Shown piece by piece: positions 36,751 through 49,544 of a DNA stretch of 64,000 nt; position 1 is the stretch's first letter, and each line of letters begins with the position of its first letter. The DNA is taken from NCBI RefSeq assembly GCF_018977255.1, contig NW_024704746.1:23622001-23686000 (forward strand). Direction: 5' to 3'. A program made the position numbers and the translations under genes. A model generated the notes under the pieces. The model searched no databases, had not been told where the DNA came from, and was given only the letters and a program-made list of their open reading frames with translations. The stretch comes from Callorhinchus milii (taxonomy: Eukaryota).

Positions 36751-39216
36751 GAGTATCAACTCATCATTGCGGGTATCACAAATATGACCAAGAATTACTC
36801 AGGCTTTTCCTTTTGCAGTTAAGTACAGATGAATTATCCCTCCTGGCAGTGAGGAAGTTGATTTTTTTCTGGTATATTTTCCACTGAAAGGCTGTAAGTA
36901 ATACTGGATCAAGTTAACATGGAGAATCGCTTGAACATTTGGCTGCAAATAACAGAATAAACCATTTCACGAGATTAGAAATGATCACAAGAGAGGTTGG
37001 ACCATAATTAGATGCTTCCTGAATACCAATCTAATCTACCATTAAAGCATTAAAAAAAGATTATTATTAAAGCATCAGTTCAGGTTGTTGGCATTGTGCC
37101 ACATACAGAGACTTAGAGTCTTTAGAAAATGTAAAGAAAATTTGAAGTCACATTCTAGAGGACAAAGAAAATTGAGTGATAGAGGCAGCCCTCTTTCCCC
37201 CAGTCTGTCAATGAAATATATTCCCGCAGCATACTATATAGAACCCAATCCTGTGGAATACCAGAGAGAGATAGAAGGTGCACAGAATTGAATATTAAAT
37301 ATAAAAATGTACTACCTATTCTCGCCAAACCCCCCCCAACAAAATCCATATTGCTCGTCACTTACTTTCTCCCACCTATCTGTCTGCGAAACATTGAAAC
37401 CTTCAAATATTTTTGCCTTACACTATACTTACACTACAAAAATGGGAATTTACATAACAAGCAAGTCATAGACTCTCCTGTGTATATTGTTCTAAAGTTG
37501 CACCACCCCAGTAACCACTGTATAATATAAAAATAATAACAACACTGTACAATATCCATAGTTGTAGTTATGGAGTCTGCGTTTCCCAGTTGGAAATGTT
37601 GAGAGTGATATGGAAATCACTCCGCATTCTCTCCTCCCTTCGCTCCAGAATCTCGAGCCTTTAGTGTGACTCCAGACCGGAGCATTTGTAAGAGACTCGA
37701 CACATTCGAATGTTGATTAAGATAAGCAAGTGATATGTTTTGTCAGTGGGAGGTGACGTTCATTTGCCCCACAGTAAAGCTTCTTGTTTCATTTTCAAAT
37801 GAAGCTACGTGCTGCGAATGGAAAAAGCCTGTTTAAGGGCGCCCTGTGAATGGACAAGGGAATGTTTTTGTGTGTGATGTTCTATGTCGCTATACAACCT
37901 TCTCCTTTTACTGCTCTGTGTTTGGCAAAATAGATGCAAAGTCAAGTCGTTTACTGTTGTATGTTCACTTTCCTCTTTCTGTAATTAGTTTCCTTCTTTT
38001 TTCAGGGAAGACAGGCTGGGAAAATTGGGAATTTCTTGCGCTGTGGAAAGAATCCAATGTTTAGATCAAGTCAAAAACCTTATTTTTTGCTGATGGAGGG
38101 AAGGACTCAGAGTGCTTTTTGATTTTGGCAGACTCCAGAGGTTGAGAACGGAGTAGAGAAAACTGTGGCTCAATTTCAGATTCCGACTCTGCAGTGATGA
38201 ATGAATGAATGTAGTGTTAGCCGGTAGCCAAATCAGCTTCTGGGATCACAGTTGTTAAATGACAACTCATTAGAATCACACCACTGAATCGTAACATGAG
38301 GGGAGACAATCATATCGTCCGTTTGCTCGCTCAACGCTCGACAATTTGAGCTTGAATTTGAATTCACCGGGTAATAGGAATTTGAATTAAAAGAAAATTA
38401 AATAAATCTTAACGGGTGAGGTGGCTGTGGTTCCCCAGTGGATGAATGCACCACCTTTTGTGGTACTGAGTCATTCATAGTAGAAGGTTAGCCTGGGCTG
38501 AGTTAGGTGATTTGGCCAAATCCCACTCTTACACAAGACACCAAATCGCACTTAGACTTAGCCTGAAAGACCATTTTGTCTTAAAGCAAGTATGATTGTG
38601 CAGAATTGTTGAATATTCTTAAGTTCAGGCTCAAGTTTTAAAACAGTTTCTACATTTAACAATTTTCCAAAGTTCGGCACTGTGGTAAAACCAAACATAG
38701 TCATCTGTTCTCTGGTGAGTGTGGATGATGGAAGAATATGTGTGAAGTGCTTTGAGATAATTCAACAACAAAAGGAGCTATATTAACTGCAGAAAAGATT
38801 GGGTTCTTACCTTACCACTTGCTAAAAAAAAGTAATGATTTTCCTCAAATAGAGGTAAACAGTAAAATTATTCTCTATAGCGATCAGCTTATGTGTTTCG
38901 TTGGTGATCAGAGTTTGCTCATAAAATACACTTCACGGTATATCCTGTGAAGTGCTTTGGGATGTCCTCCCGACATGAAGATGCTATACCAAATGCAAGG
39001 ATTATTATTGCACGCTACCCCCACTACCACCCCCATTATTTTCATCTCATTATGACATCCACCTTAAGTGTCAAAACAGGGAGCTTCGATTTAATATGAG
39101 GTACAAAGGGGAGCACCTCCAATAAAGCAGAAAGCACCAGTCTTTCAGCACATCCAGTGCACTGAAGCCAATTCTCTCCACACTGAACTCTGTTCTCTCC
39201 ACAGCATCGCACTTAC

Positions 39217-39291
39217 CTTGGAGGAGCTCTGTTGTTTTCCACTCCCTGCTGAGTATTATCTGACAAAAGTTTACAAGCTGGATAATGACGG
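39217..39291 (-). other. candidate 75-nt minus-strand exon
   Basis: minus strand: ctttgatttgtttctag|CCGTC...CCAAG|gtaagt, consensus donor. Confidence 0.3.
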
Positions 39292-39777
39292 CTAGAAACA
39301 AATCAAAGGCTTTTTAAAATAATTGGAGGCGAGGGAAGACTCTGTGGGTAGAGCGTATCTGTGCTGCACTTAGAATGGAATAACTGTGCAAAGTGTTTTG
39401 AAGCATCCTCCTGATGTGATAAGCGCTGTAGAAATATAAATTGTATTGCACCGTTTTGGAGGAATGAGAAATTCCAAACAATCTTTGGATCTTGCATCTT
39501 TCGGGATAGACACGGCTTCTAAGTAGGAAATACCCCACCAGTTAGAAGCCCTCGTTCTAGTGATATTCTCTCTCTCTCTGGAGGAATAGGGTCTATAGAT
39601 GAATGGATGATAAGTGTCCTGCACAATGTTCTTACCACAGTGGTTCTGTCTCTTTAAATGTATTAAGATGCTGTCAGCGAGATCGTGCTCTATCTCTCCC
39701 CAGTTGGGGGATGTTTGATTTCTTAATGGCAATGGTTTGATGTAGCCAAATTCTTACAAGCATCTAACTCTTACTGT

Positions 39778-39978
39778 AATAAAACCAGAAGTGGCTGGGA
39801 ACACTCAGCAGGTCAGGCAGCATCTATGGAGAGAGTAAAATGAGTTAACGTTTCAGGTTGATGACCTTTCATCTCACTTTCCTCTCTCCATAGATGCTGC
39901 CTGACCTGTTGAGTGTTCCCAGTGACTTCAGTTTTTATTTCAGATTTCCAGCATCTGCAGTATTTTGTCTTTTGTTAC
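39778..39978. mobile_element. palindromic Penelope-like terminal-repeat insertion
   Basis: inverted arms; 11-bp TSD actcttactgt (39767-39777) / actctcactgt (39979-39989); truncated hammerhead core on the minus strand at 39843-39873. Confidence 0.8.
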
Positions 39979-40929
39979 ACTCTCACTGTTGTTTGCCAAG
40001 AAGTATTACTTAGGGATCAGGATCTCGAGAAACTGTAAATGAAACACAGCCAGTTTGCAAATCACAGGCAGCCTCATTATAGGGGAAATCTCAGCATTGG
40101 GTTAAGTTGACGCAATGATGTTTTCTTCACTTACTATTCACCCGTCTTTAACAAATACTCAGCAAGAATTGGGTTGAAGAACAATGAGGAGCAGAGATTA
40201 GCGTAATAAATAGGCTGACAGATTTAGGGTAGATATCAGCAAAAACATCTGTACTCAAAGTTATCATGTTTATAAAATAATATTAGCAGAAAAGCAACAG
40301 AGCTTTTATTAAAAACATTACGGTTATTAAGAGCCGTTAAGTGGCAGGATTGTGAGTTAATGTGCTGTGGGATTAGTTTGGGTTGGCTGAATGGCCTTTT
40401 CCTGACGCTTTTGTTCAGCGGATACTTTTCTATTGTGTATTATCTGCTGCTACCAGTAGTTGAAATGAGACAGAGAAGAAATATTAAATAGAGACTGTCT
40501 AGTTATTTTCAGCACCCGACCTTGAATTCTTCCAAGCAGCAAAACATGTTACATTATTTTCAACAGGCAATGCAAGGTCAGGCTCGCTGCCTGTGAGGGA
40601 GGCAAAACGTTTTGTGGCCAAACGTCCACAAAATGGGGCAGGTACATCCCCAGGGAGAAAAGGGAAATTTTGTGCTGATTGACTGTTAGTTACTCTCGGG
40701 GTCAGTGGAAGGAAATGTAATAATAACTAAACTGCTTGTCTATTCAAGGCATTGGAGTTCACATGGCACTTGTCTGTCTAGGACTGCCCTACCCTTTGGG
40801 ACAAACAATTATTATCTTTTGTTTCCTTCTCAGAAACTCCTCAAAAGAATTCTTCTGACATAATCCTTTGACATTCACATTTGTATGATAGACTTACTAC
40901 ACTTTCTTCTCAATCTCTTACCTATCCCC

Positions 40930-41075
40930 AGGTGTCCTGTAGTGTATTGGTTAGAGCACTCGCCTCGCAAGCGAGAGGACCCAGGTTCGATTCCCGTGTA
41001 TGACGAAACCTTAGGCAAGTTTCCTTTCTCCACACGCCTCTGTTTACCAGCAGTAAGTAGGAACCCGGTTGTTAA
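40930..41075 (+). mobile_element. SINE 5' part (long subfamily)
   Basis: tRNA head with GGTTCGATTCC B box and central segment. Confidence 0.85.
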
Positions 41076-41599
41076 AGGACGCCATTAGGCCCGTCACTTC
41101 TGTACTCCTGTTTTCTCTTTATATACCTCTCTTCCAAACATCTATCATTCCCTTTTAAAAGAATAAGTGAGCTCTGCTTCACCAATGGTTTGTGTCAGAG
41201 AATTAATTTTTCATTGCACTCTGTATAAACAAATGTTTTACAACATCGTTAATTTTTTTTATGGCTATCTTAAATTAGTGCCTCTGATTTTATTTTATTT
41301 AAGAAAAAGTCAGAGTGACCAATTCAGAGTAATTCTAAAGGAAATGCTTTAGTTGTTTGTGGTTTCATTGTCAAATATCAAGCAGCTGAAATATTAAAGC
41401 TGTGTTATCACTCTCAGTTACACACCATCACACATAAACACACATTACTGACAGAGGGACAAAGAATTGCAACCTCTTCAGCTCTTCCAAAAAAAAAAGG
41501 ACTGTCTAAACCACATTTAGTCTGACCCCTAAACCACCAAGCAATATTATTTTAACATTCACCCGATGCAAAACGGAAGTAAAGGTTAAAAGAAAAGCT

Positions 41600-41826
41600 G
41601 GAAAATTAGGAGGCAGTTTCTCACTCAAAGGTTAGTGGAAATCTGGAACTGTCTTCCCCAAAAGCCTATGGATGATGGATCCATTCACATTTTCAAGACT
41701 GAGGTGGTTAGATGTTTGTTAGGTCCGGGGATGAAGGGATATGGGGCAAAGGCGGGTAATTAGAGTTGAGGTACAGATCAGCCGTGATCTGATAGAATGG
41801 CGGAACAGGCTCGAGGGGCTGAATGG
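41600..41826 (+). mobile_element. CR1 3' tail
   Basis: matches the other CR1 tails. Confidence 0.85.
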
Positions 41827-41916
41827 TTTCTAAATGTGGCGACTGAATTCTTCTCGTGATATTTCAGATAAGAACTCTAAACTAAAACAAGACGGCGTTT
41901 AAAGTTCATTGCAAAG

Positions 41917-41940
41917 TGCTGACGTCAGCGTGAGTAAATA
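41917..41940. promoter_or_regulatory. palindromic CRE / C-MARE-like site TGCTGACGTCAGC plus adjacent forkhead-type GTAAATA
   Basis: 13 of 14 match to the Maf C-MARE consensus TGCTGACGTCAGCA with intact CpG, about 75 nt upstream of a candidate ATG exon. Confidence 0.4.
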
Positions 41941-42002
41941 GAGCCATTGAGGACTGACCGATAAACATCGTTAACGCAACCATTGTCCAAGAGAGGGGAG
42001 AA

Positions 42003-42047
42003 ATGGTGATTCTCAGTGGAAGGGAGAGTGATTGCGAGGATGAAAAA
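42003..42047 (+). CDS. candidate first coding exon MVILSGRESDCEDEK, phase 0
   Basis: gaaATGG Kozak, donor AAA|gtaagg, upstream CRE/MARE. Confidence 0.35.
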
Positions 42048-42729
42048 GTAAGGTTTACATAAACGATTTTTGACAAATGAAGAGAAACTGCCTTAGGCTT
42101 TGCTTCGCTTGCAAGCTAGATCTTTCTTATTCTTCGCTGTGCTGTTTCTGGCGGCCGCATTGATTTCACTTCCATAACCTCAGTCATTGGAAAATTGCAG
42201 TACTAATGGCTGTGTTCTTTTACACTGGTGACAAGTGCTGTGCACACTGAGAACTAAAAGGGTTCACCTGACCCCCCTCAAGAGGATCTTGAATTGAACG
42301 CTGTAAATAACCCCCCCCATCCCTACTGTACAATAGCATCTGTTGTGAGGGTTTGCGTTGGTCTCCATTGTGAGCTTGAGGTGGGTGTGTGGGGGGAGGA
42401 GAGAGTAAGGAGATTTATTTTCACTGGGTTTGAAAAAAGGAAATTATATAATGACTTTAGCTTTCAGGGAAAACATAAAACAGATTATTTGCAGGTCACT
42501 AGCCTGGCACAGAGGCTATCAACCTTCTCAGGATTAAAAGGCCATCTCACCTCCCAATTACCAAGTGGTGTGTGAATAAACGAGGTATTCTAATGAAAAA
42601 TTAGCATCTCTTTTGCTGCTGATGAGAAAACCATTAACTGTCACAATTCCAGGAAGCATCCTATTCTGCAGCGTCTCCGGACAAAGTTGTTTCCTGCTCC
42701 GACCCAGCCAAGGCTTCTTGTTCAAACGA

Positions 42730-42912
42730 TCCCTCCACCTTGCCCCCGTCCTCCCCACCTTCAGATCCCACCTAAAAACCTTACTTTTTGATTGTGCTTA
42801 TGGTCACCTCCCCCCTCCCTGTCCCCCTGGTTCGTTGTCAGACTCCCCCACTGTCAAGCGCTCCGGGACACTACCCCTTGTGGAGGGCGCTATATGAATG
42901 CAAGTTATTGTT
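42730..42912 (+). mobile_element. L2 3' fragment
   Basis: FRSHLKTLLFD coding end and 3' UTR. Confidence 0.8.
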
Positions 42913-44819
42913 CACAGATAGACAGGGCTCTGCCAAGGCTCAAGATTTCTGGCGTTGGGGTGTTCAAGGCTGCGAGGGTCGAGGAAGATTAACCGATGGT
43001 AACTGAGATAATGCTCCTATATGGGTGCCCGAACCAAACCCAATGACCCACCTCACCCCCACGGCCTTTCATTCAGTCACATCCACGGGACGCTTTAGTC
43101 TTTGCGCCAGGCTGACTATCGAAGGCACCTCCTCATTAGCTTTTCATTCACAAGTAATTAACGCTCTCCGGTTGCACACTGTGGACACTGAGGAATATTA
43201 CTCCAAATTGCCGAAGCTTTCTGAAACAGATGTCCGCTTTCCATCAGCAGGGGAATCCTGCTTGTGTGTGCAGAATTTCTGATCCACTATTAGAATCTGT
43301 GTCTGTGTGAATGCAAGTTATCAACTTTGGGGATGGAATTCACGGGGTGAACAATCTAATACATTGGTATGAGTGCTCAGGAGCTTGTTGACATATATAG
43401 TCAGGTGTTAGGAGTCAGAAAAGCGTGTTGTTGGGGGTGGGGGTGGGGGAGGGAGACGGGAATAGTTACTCTGTGACTTAGTTTGACTGACATTCTCTCT
43501 GGTATTTAAGAGTGGGAGGTAAAGAAGCCTCAGAGATGTAATGTGAAGCATTGGATGAAGAGTTTTGTGTCATTGGGTTCACTGACTATCCATTAGACTT
43601 GTCAACCCTATATGATTAAAGGTAGCTGTGAGCACATATTTGAACCGGACATGTGTTCTGCCAGCTTCCATGGTTACATTACATACCAGCTCATTAATGG
43701 CAATTTACTGTCTTCCAGTGAAACACAACTCATGACTATTTCAGCGTCAGCTCCTGTAAACAAAGCATATACAGGGTAAAAGCTGAAAGTAATCAAGAGT
43801 TTGGCGATGTCCTTCCAAAGTAAAAGGCGCTATATCAAATTCAAAGTTTGTCACTATTATTTTGTTTAGCGCAGGTCATTGAAGCACCAGTTTATTGCAC
43901 TAAAGACCTATGGGCTGTGGGTTCGATCCCCTCGGCTGGGAGCTGTGCAATTTAGGTAGTTGTTAGTTTGTCCTCCAGCACAGAACTCCCCGGCTATTCA
44001 GGTGAAGTGGCATCACAGTCTGTTTGTTTGATTTTGTTATGGCCTCGTCATTGTCGGGGAATTTGTGAAGATGGAACATTCACACAGTTGGAATTACATT
44101 TGACATGATGACTGCCCTGGTAATGTTTGAGGAATGCAAAGGGCTTGAGGATGACTAGTGCAGATCCCAGGCTCTGCACAGCTATTATGCAGTCTTGCTT
44201 CACAAACCTTTGAATTGCATGGAGAAATAGGAGCAAAAATTGCATCATGGTGTAGAGGTTTTGGCAAACAACCCCCAAAAAAAGTCCCAGATAGTTTTGG
44301 TCACTGTGGTTTTGGAGACCGGAAACCATAGTTTGAATCTGTTTTGGTCTTTCTGTGTCTCCAGCCATGTTGATCTCTCACTCTCTGCTTCTTCCTTATA
44401 TTAAATTACAATTGAATCAGGTCCATCATCACTGAATTTAGATGAACATAAACTGCTGTCAATGTTGGTGAACTCCTCACACATAGAGACATGGCCACAA
44501 GAGCTCAATAGATGTAAGACCAGAATAAAAGTACAATGAGGAAAGGCCATTGGGGTCTGTCTAAGCATATCTCTTCCCAGAGCAGGTACCGCTACCTTAT
44601 CTACACTCCACCTGAACCACATAGTCTCCCTTTTTACCTTTCTATTCAAAGATACATGATGTAAAACTGTATAATAACTGGGTAACCTTATGTTCTATTT
44701 ATTCATCTTTGACCAATTTATTCATCTTTGAGGCCAAGGAGTTCAATCTTTCTCGTTTGAGGTTTGATTATCTCTATCCATAGCTTTCCTTATCTGTCTC
44801 AATCCACTTTTTACACTAA

Positions 44820-45228
44820 TAGTCAATCCACGACTGTTTGTGGGACGCTGCTGTGCGCAATTGGCTGCCGCGTTTCGCCCACAAAATACACAATCAATTC
44901 ACTTTACATATATTCTGTGAAGCGCTTTGAGATGATGTCTCGAAGACGTGATAAGGCGCTACATGAAATGCAAGGATTATTATTATTGATTATTACCTTC
45001 TATGTCTTCATGTTATCAGCTTGCACCTCTGTCTGGATGATTTTAAATGCTTGTTTTAAAATAATAATAATAATAATAATCCTCGCATTTGATATAGCGC
45101 TTTTCACGTTGGGAGGACATCCCAAAACGCTTAACAGAACACACTGTAAAGTGAATTGACTGTATATTTGTGGGCGAACGCGGCAGCCAATTGCGCACAG
45201 TAGCGTCCCACAAACAGTTGTGGATTGA
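44820..45228. mobile_element. tail-to-tail SINE pair (44820-44993 plus; 45060-45228 minus)
   Basis: both match the SINE 3' half. Confidence 0.88.
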
Positions 45229-47671
45229 CTGTATGCAGTTCATGTGAATTAACATTAGAAATTCTGGCCAGGTGTAACTCCAGCTACAGTGTATTTTGGT
45301 AACTTGTCATAGAGCAGCTAAATGCATAGCTTCCAATTTCTGTGGCATCTTGAATATTTGAAGAGTATAAATACACACTGTCATCAACCTCACAACTAAC
45401 AGTAGACAACAGAAGTGCCCTCCGAGCTTCACTTGGTTCGATGAAAAAAATCTCTACAGGATACCAAAGTGCCACACGGTATCTAAGCAGACCCTTTCTC
45501 AAGCACTTACAGAGGCATTTCTGGGGACTCATTGGGGCAAAAAATAAGTCCCAGCTGCTGTAGCTGAATAAATTATTCCAAGGAAGAAATCACTGAATAA
45601 TTTAGAAAATGTATCCAGTGGTCTGGACAGGATGTCCATTGACTGGACTAAAAAATACTGTATGTGTTAATTATTACTGAAGAAAATATGTAGTTACAGT
45701 AGATTTGCATTTGCTGACATGGGGTTCAGATTGTTCAGGCATTGTGGATTGATGGTAAATGTACACTGTGCAGTGTGGCCTTACCACAGTAATAATCATA
45801 AAAATAATAATATCCTAGCATTAGATACATAGGTCTCTCCTCTTCAACCCCCACCCCCCGCACACACTGATTGTGTTGCTGCCATGAGAGTTTTCAGATG
45901 GAGGTAAGGAACAGGACTGAAAGCTCAAAGCCCACTCCAGAGCCTCACGTACGCATACACAACCACAGTGAACATCGTCAGTGTATTGGTAGGTTCACCG
46001 GAGTGAATTAAATGAATTAATTACATAAACAGTAATTATATTTATTGTTTATTTGGGAAATAAAGTCCCTGGGGGGAGGGGGGCAGGCCTGCACGATTGA
46101 CTAGGGTATATGGACCGTGTGTAACGTGTTCACTGACTGAATCTCAGAAGAGAAAACGGTTTATGTTTGATAATTTTACACGGAGCGGTGTACATGTGGG
46201 ATGGACTATTCAAGGAAACAGATTGTGAGCAAATTCAAGAGGGAATCGACAGTTGTTTGGCAAAAGACTCAACTGAGGGATTTTGAGAGATAATGTAGGG
46301 ATGGCTTTGGCTGAGCGCACATCTGGGAAATGGCTGAGCGCACATGTAGAATAACAACACGGGAATTGTGATCATAAAACCAAGCGTCAGAAAAGTGAGG
46401 AAAATGTCATCCCATTTGCCGGGGTTAGATTTAAATCCGGGTCCGAAGGGTCAAAGGTTTGTTGCTCCCTGACATTTCAATTGTTTTTTTTGTTGGTTGA
46501 TTAGCTCCGAGGTGCTGTGCCTGGCAACAGAATGTCAGAATCAAGCAAGTTGTGTTGGGTAGTTTGGTAAGGCCAGTTCCTGAGTTGAGTACTCTAGAGC
46601 ACTACTGATGACAGACTAACTACGTTGTGGCAGGACAGGACATAGAGGGGTAGATCAGCCCCTGAGGGCAGGAATTCTTATAACAATAATAATTAATAAT
46701 AATATTCTTCTCACTCCCTCAGCTTCCTTTAATCCCACAAGCAAAGCCCTCACTGCTAGGATGATCTTAGCTGGACAAGCAGCGGCAAGTGTGCCAGACC
46801 GTGATTTTAATGACAAGTTATACGGTTTTAGATGGTTAATCTCAATGCACACTCTGGGATCATTAAGCTTTGGCTCTAATGATGTCTATCTAATGATGTC
46901 TATCCCAGTGAACTCATAAAATCATCATCAACCTATAGCAGACCGCTGATCTATACAAAAAAAACTAGTGAAATGCAAAGTGAGTTACAGTATGATCTGG
47001 AAGTAAAATATTCACTGCCTCAAATATGTCCGTTCTCTCCAACCTTTTGTAGTCTCTTCCTTACTGCAACTAAATGATTCTTTTTTCATTTGCTACAGCG
47101 ATCATTCATTAATGAATCATAGGCAGCTTTGGGTGCTGACATTATCCATTGGGAGTTGGGGCTTTTTTTTTTAAGTGAATGGTGCTTTATAAATGCAAGT
47201 TCTTGAGCCAAACCAGTCAAAGTCAAAAAGCATTGCATTGTCCATCTAAGAGAGAGGGAGAGGTATATACAAAAATGCAGAGGAAAAATAATCTTTCCTT
47301 ATTTTATGTTGCAACATTGACCACCATCTCCTGAAGTTGATTTCCGCAGAATAATTTACAGCCAAAATGAAAATGTGATGGCAATAGAAATTAAATGAAA
47401 GAGGGGAATGAAGCAAAAAAAATCCCTCCCTCAACAGACAATAAAAAATTGCTACAGACAGTAATCCGCATCATCACAAGAAAATCAATGTTTTTTTATC
47501 CAGAATTACCGCTGGCTCTCACAGAACATCAGCTTTAGCTGCCAAAATACATCAGCTTTGAATTTTGAATCAATTTAAGACACTTTTAGACTTCTGTAGA
47601 AAAAAAATTTAAAAATCAAATATTCCAACGGCTTTTGGAGTAAAGACGCAAATTAACAATTTAATATTTAA

Positions 47672-47950
47672 GATTTAAGATAATTGGCAAAAGAACCAGA
47701 AGGGGGAGGAGGAGAATTTCCTTTTACGCAGAGAGTTGTTACGATCTGGAATGCACTGCCTGAAAGGGTCGGTGAAACCAGATTCATTAATAATTTTCAA
47801 AAGGGAATTGGATATGTACTTGAAAAGGAAGAGATTGCAAGGCTGTGGGGAAAGAGCGGGGGAGTGGGAGTAATTGCGTGGCTCTTTCAAAGAGCCGGCA
47901 GAGGCACGATGGGTCGAATGGCCTCCTGCCCTGTAAAATTCTATGATTCT
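47672..47950 (+). mobile_element. CR1 3' fragment
   Basis: FTQRVVTIWNALPE peptide and CR1 tail. Confidence 0.88.
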
Positions 47951-48966
47951 ATATTAAACGCATGAGGGAAAATGATTGGCAGGCCTGTTAGCCGCCAAAT
48001 TATTGGTGTGCTGTCCCCCCCCCACCCCCGTCTGAGTCATACTGTGCAAAATGTAACATTTTAATATGTGCTTATTAAACCAGGTAATTCTACACTATAT
48101 ATTGTTCTAACCACTAATATGCTTTGTAATTGAATTGATTGGATCACTTTCACAGTGCCATTATCTATCGATGGCTGGAATAGGTTTGGCTGAGCACCAA
48201 TATCACTGCCATTCAAAGTGTTGGTGTATTTTGAAACTCCTGGTGGGAAGAAAGAAAAGTCAGTCCCCAGCAGTGGGGACCTTTTTTCTTCAGTTTGCTT
48301 TGTTGAAATGGCGGAAATATTTCTGGCTTCAGATGGTCCTCAAAGCGGCCAGAAGCTGTTTGGTGCCTGGAGTCAGTGGAGCTCATTTACCTGCTTTGCG
48401 AGGCTGAATCCAAGGCACCAGCACAGCAACAATCTGAAAGGGAACCCAGTGGTTCCACAATCTTGATGTGAACAATGACCACATGTCTGACCACAAGTAA
48501 TGGCCCATCTGTAAAAGTTGCAGACTGGCCAACGACGCTGAAACGGCAGTGTCAGACTGTCGGGCAGATGGCCACCAAAACAACAACAATAACAAATAAT
48601 TACATTTGTGGAGCGCCTGTCACTAAAAGGCGCCATTCAAATGTAATCTTGTTGTTGTTGTCACCTCGGGAGGACGTCCCAACCAAGCAGATTTGAGCGA
48701 GATTTGAATCCAAAACCTAACATGTTAACTCACTACGTTAAATGCCTTTGTAATGTGGATTGATTATAATTACCTTTTAAATTGTGACTGAGACTGTTTT
48801 ATGTCCCAGTCACCGTCACCTATTGATTATTTTGCGATGAACTTTGCAGTGTGTACATTAGTAATCATTAATTCTTCGACGTGAACACTGTCATGTTTCA
48901 GTGACTGCCAACACATTGGCTATTTGCCATGGCTGGCGCATTAATCATAGAATCATACAGCTCAGC

Positions 48967-49281
48967 CCGCGCTCTCCCCATAGCCCCGATCAACCCCACT
49001 CCCCCGCGCTCTCCCCATAGCCCCGATCAACCCCACTCCCCCGCGCTCTCCCCATAGCCCCGATCAACCCCACTCCCCGCGCTCTCCCCATAGCCCTGAT
49101 CAACCCCACTCCCCCGCTCTCCCCCCATAGCCCCGATGAACCCCACTCCCCCGCTCTCTCTCCATAGCCCCGATCAACCCCACTCCCCCGCTCTCTCCCC
49201 ATAGCCCCGATGAACCCCACTCCCCCGCTCTCTCCCCATAGCCCCGATCAACCCCACTCCCCCGCTCTCTCCCCATAGCCC
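48967..49281. repeat. 37-bp minisatellite, about 8.5 units, inside a minus-strand CR1 tail (48945-49350)
   Basis: atagccc recurs at 48980, 49017, 49054, 49090, 49127, 49164, 49201, 49238 and 49275. Confidence 0.95.
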
Positions 49282-49544
49282 TGCAAACTTATCCACCCCA
49301 AATAATTATCTACTTCTCTCTTAAGAGAGAAGCCAGCCTTTCAGGCAATGCATTAGGGGGTACAAAGCACCCCATGAATTTTACTGCGCAGGAGGAAAGC
49401 TATAGATGTCCTGGAGTGATCCTGAAAATTTCATTTCAGCTCCAGGTTCAGCTGAAAGAAGCAAATCACTTGATCTTTAATCTTATGGTTTATGGCAACA
49501 TTTGAATCCCTTGATTGATTTGGACTCACAGTCGTGGGTCAACG

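Noticed and set aside
37649-37687. 39-nt exon candidate (SRAFSVTPDRSI, phase 1)
   Set aside because: Good acceptor but weak TTT|gtaaga donor and no supporting context; pseudo-exons are common in long introns.
43865-43940. B-box GGTTCGATCCC suggesting a tRNA
   Set aside because: No cloverleaf; probably a decayed SINE head.
48967-49281. CRISPR-like regular 37-bp repeats
   Set aside because: No unique spacers, no cas genes, eukaryotic context; it is a head-to-tail minisatellite.
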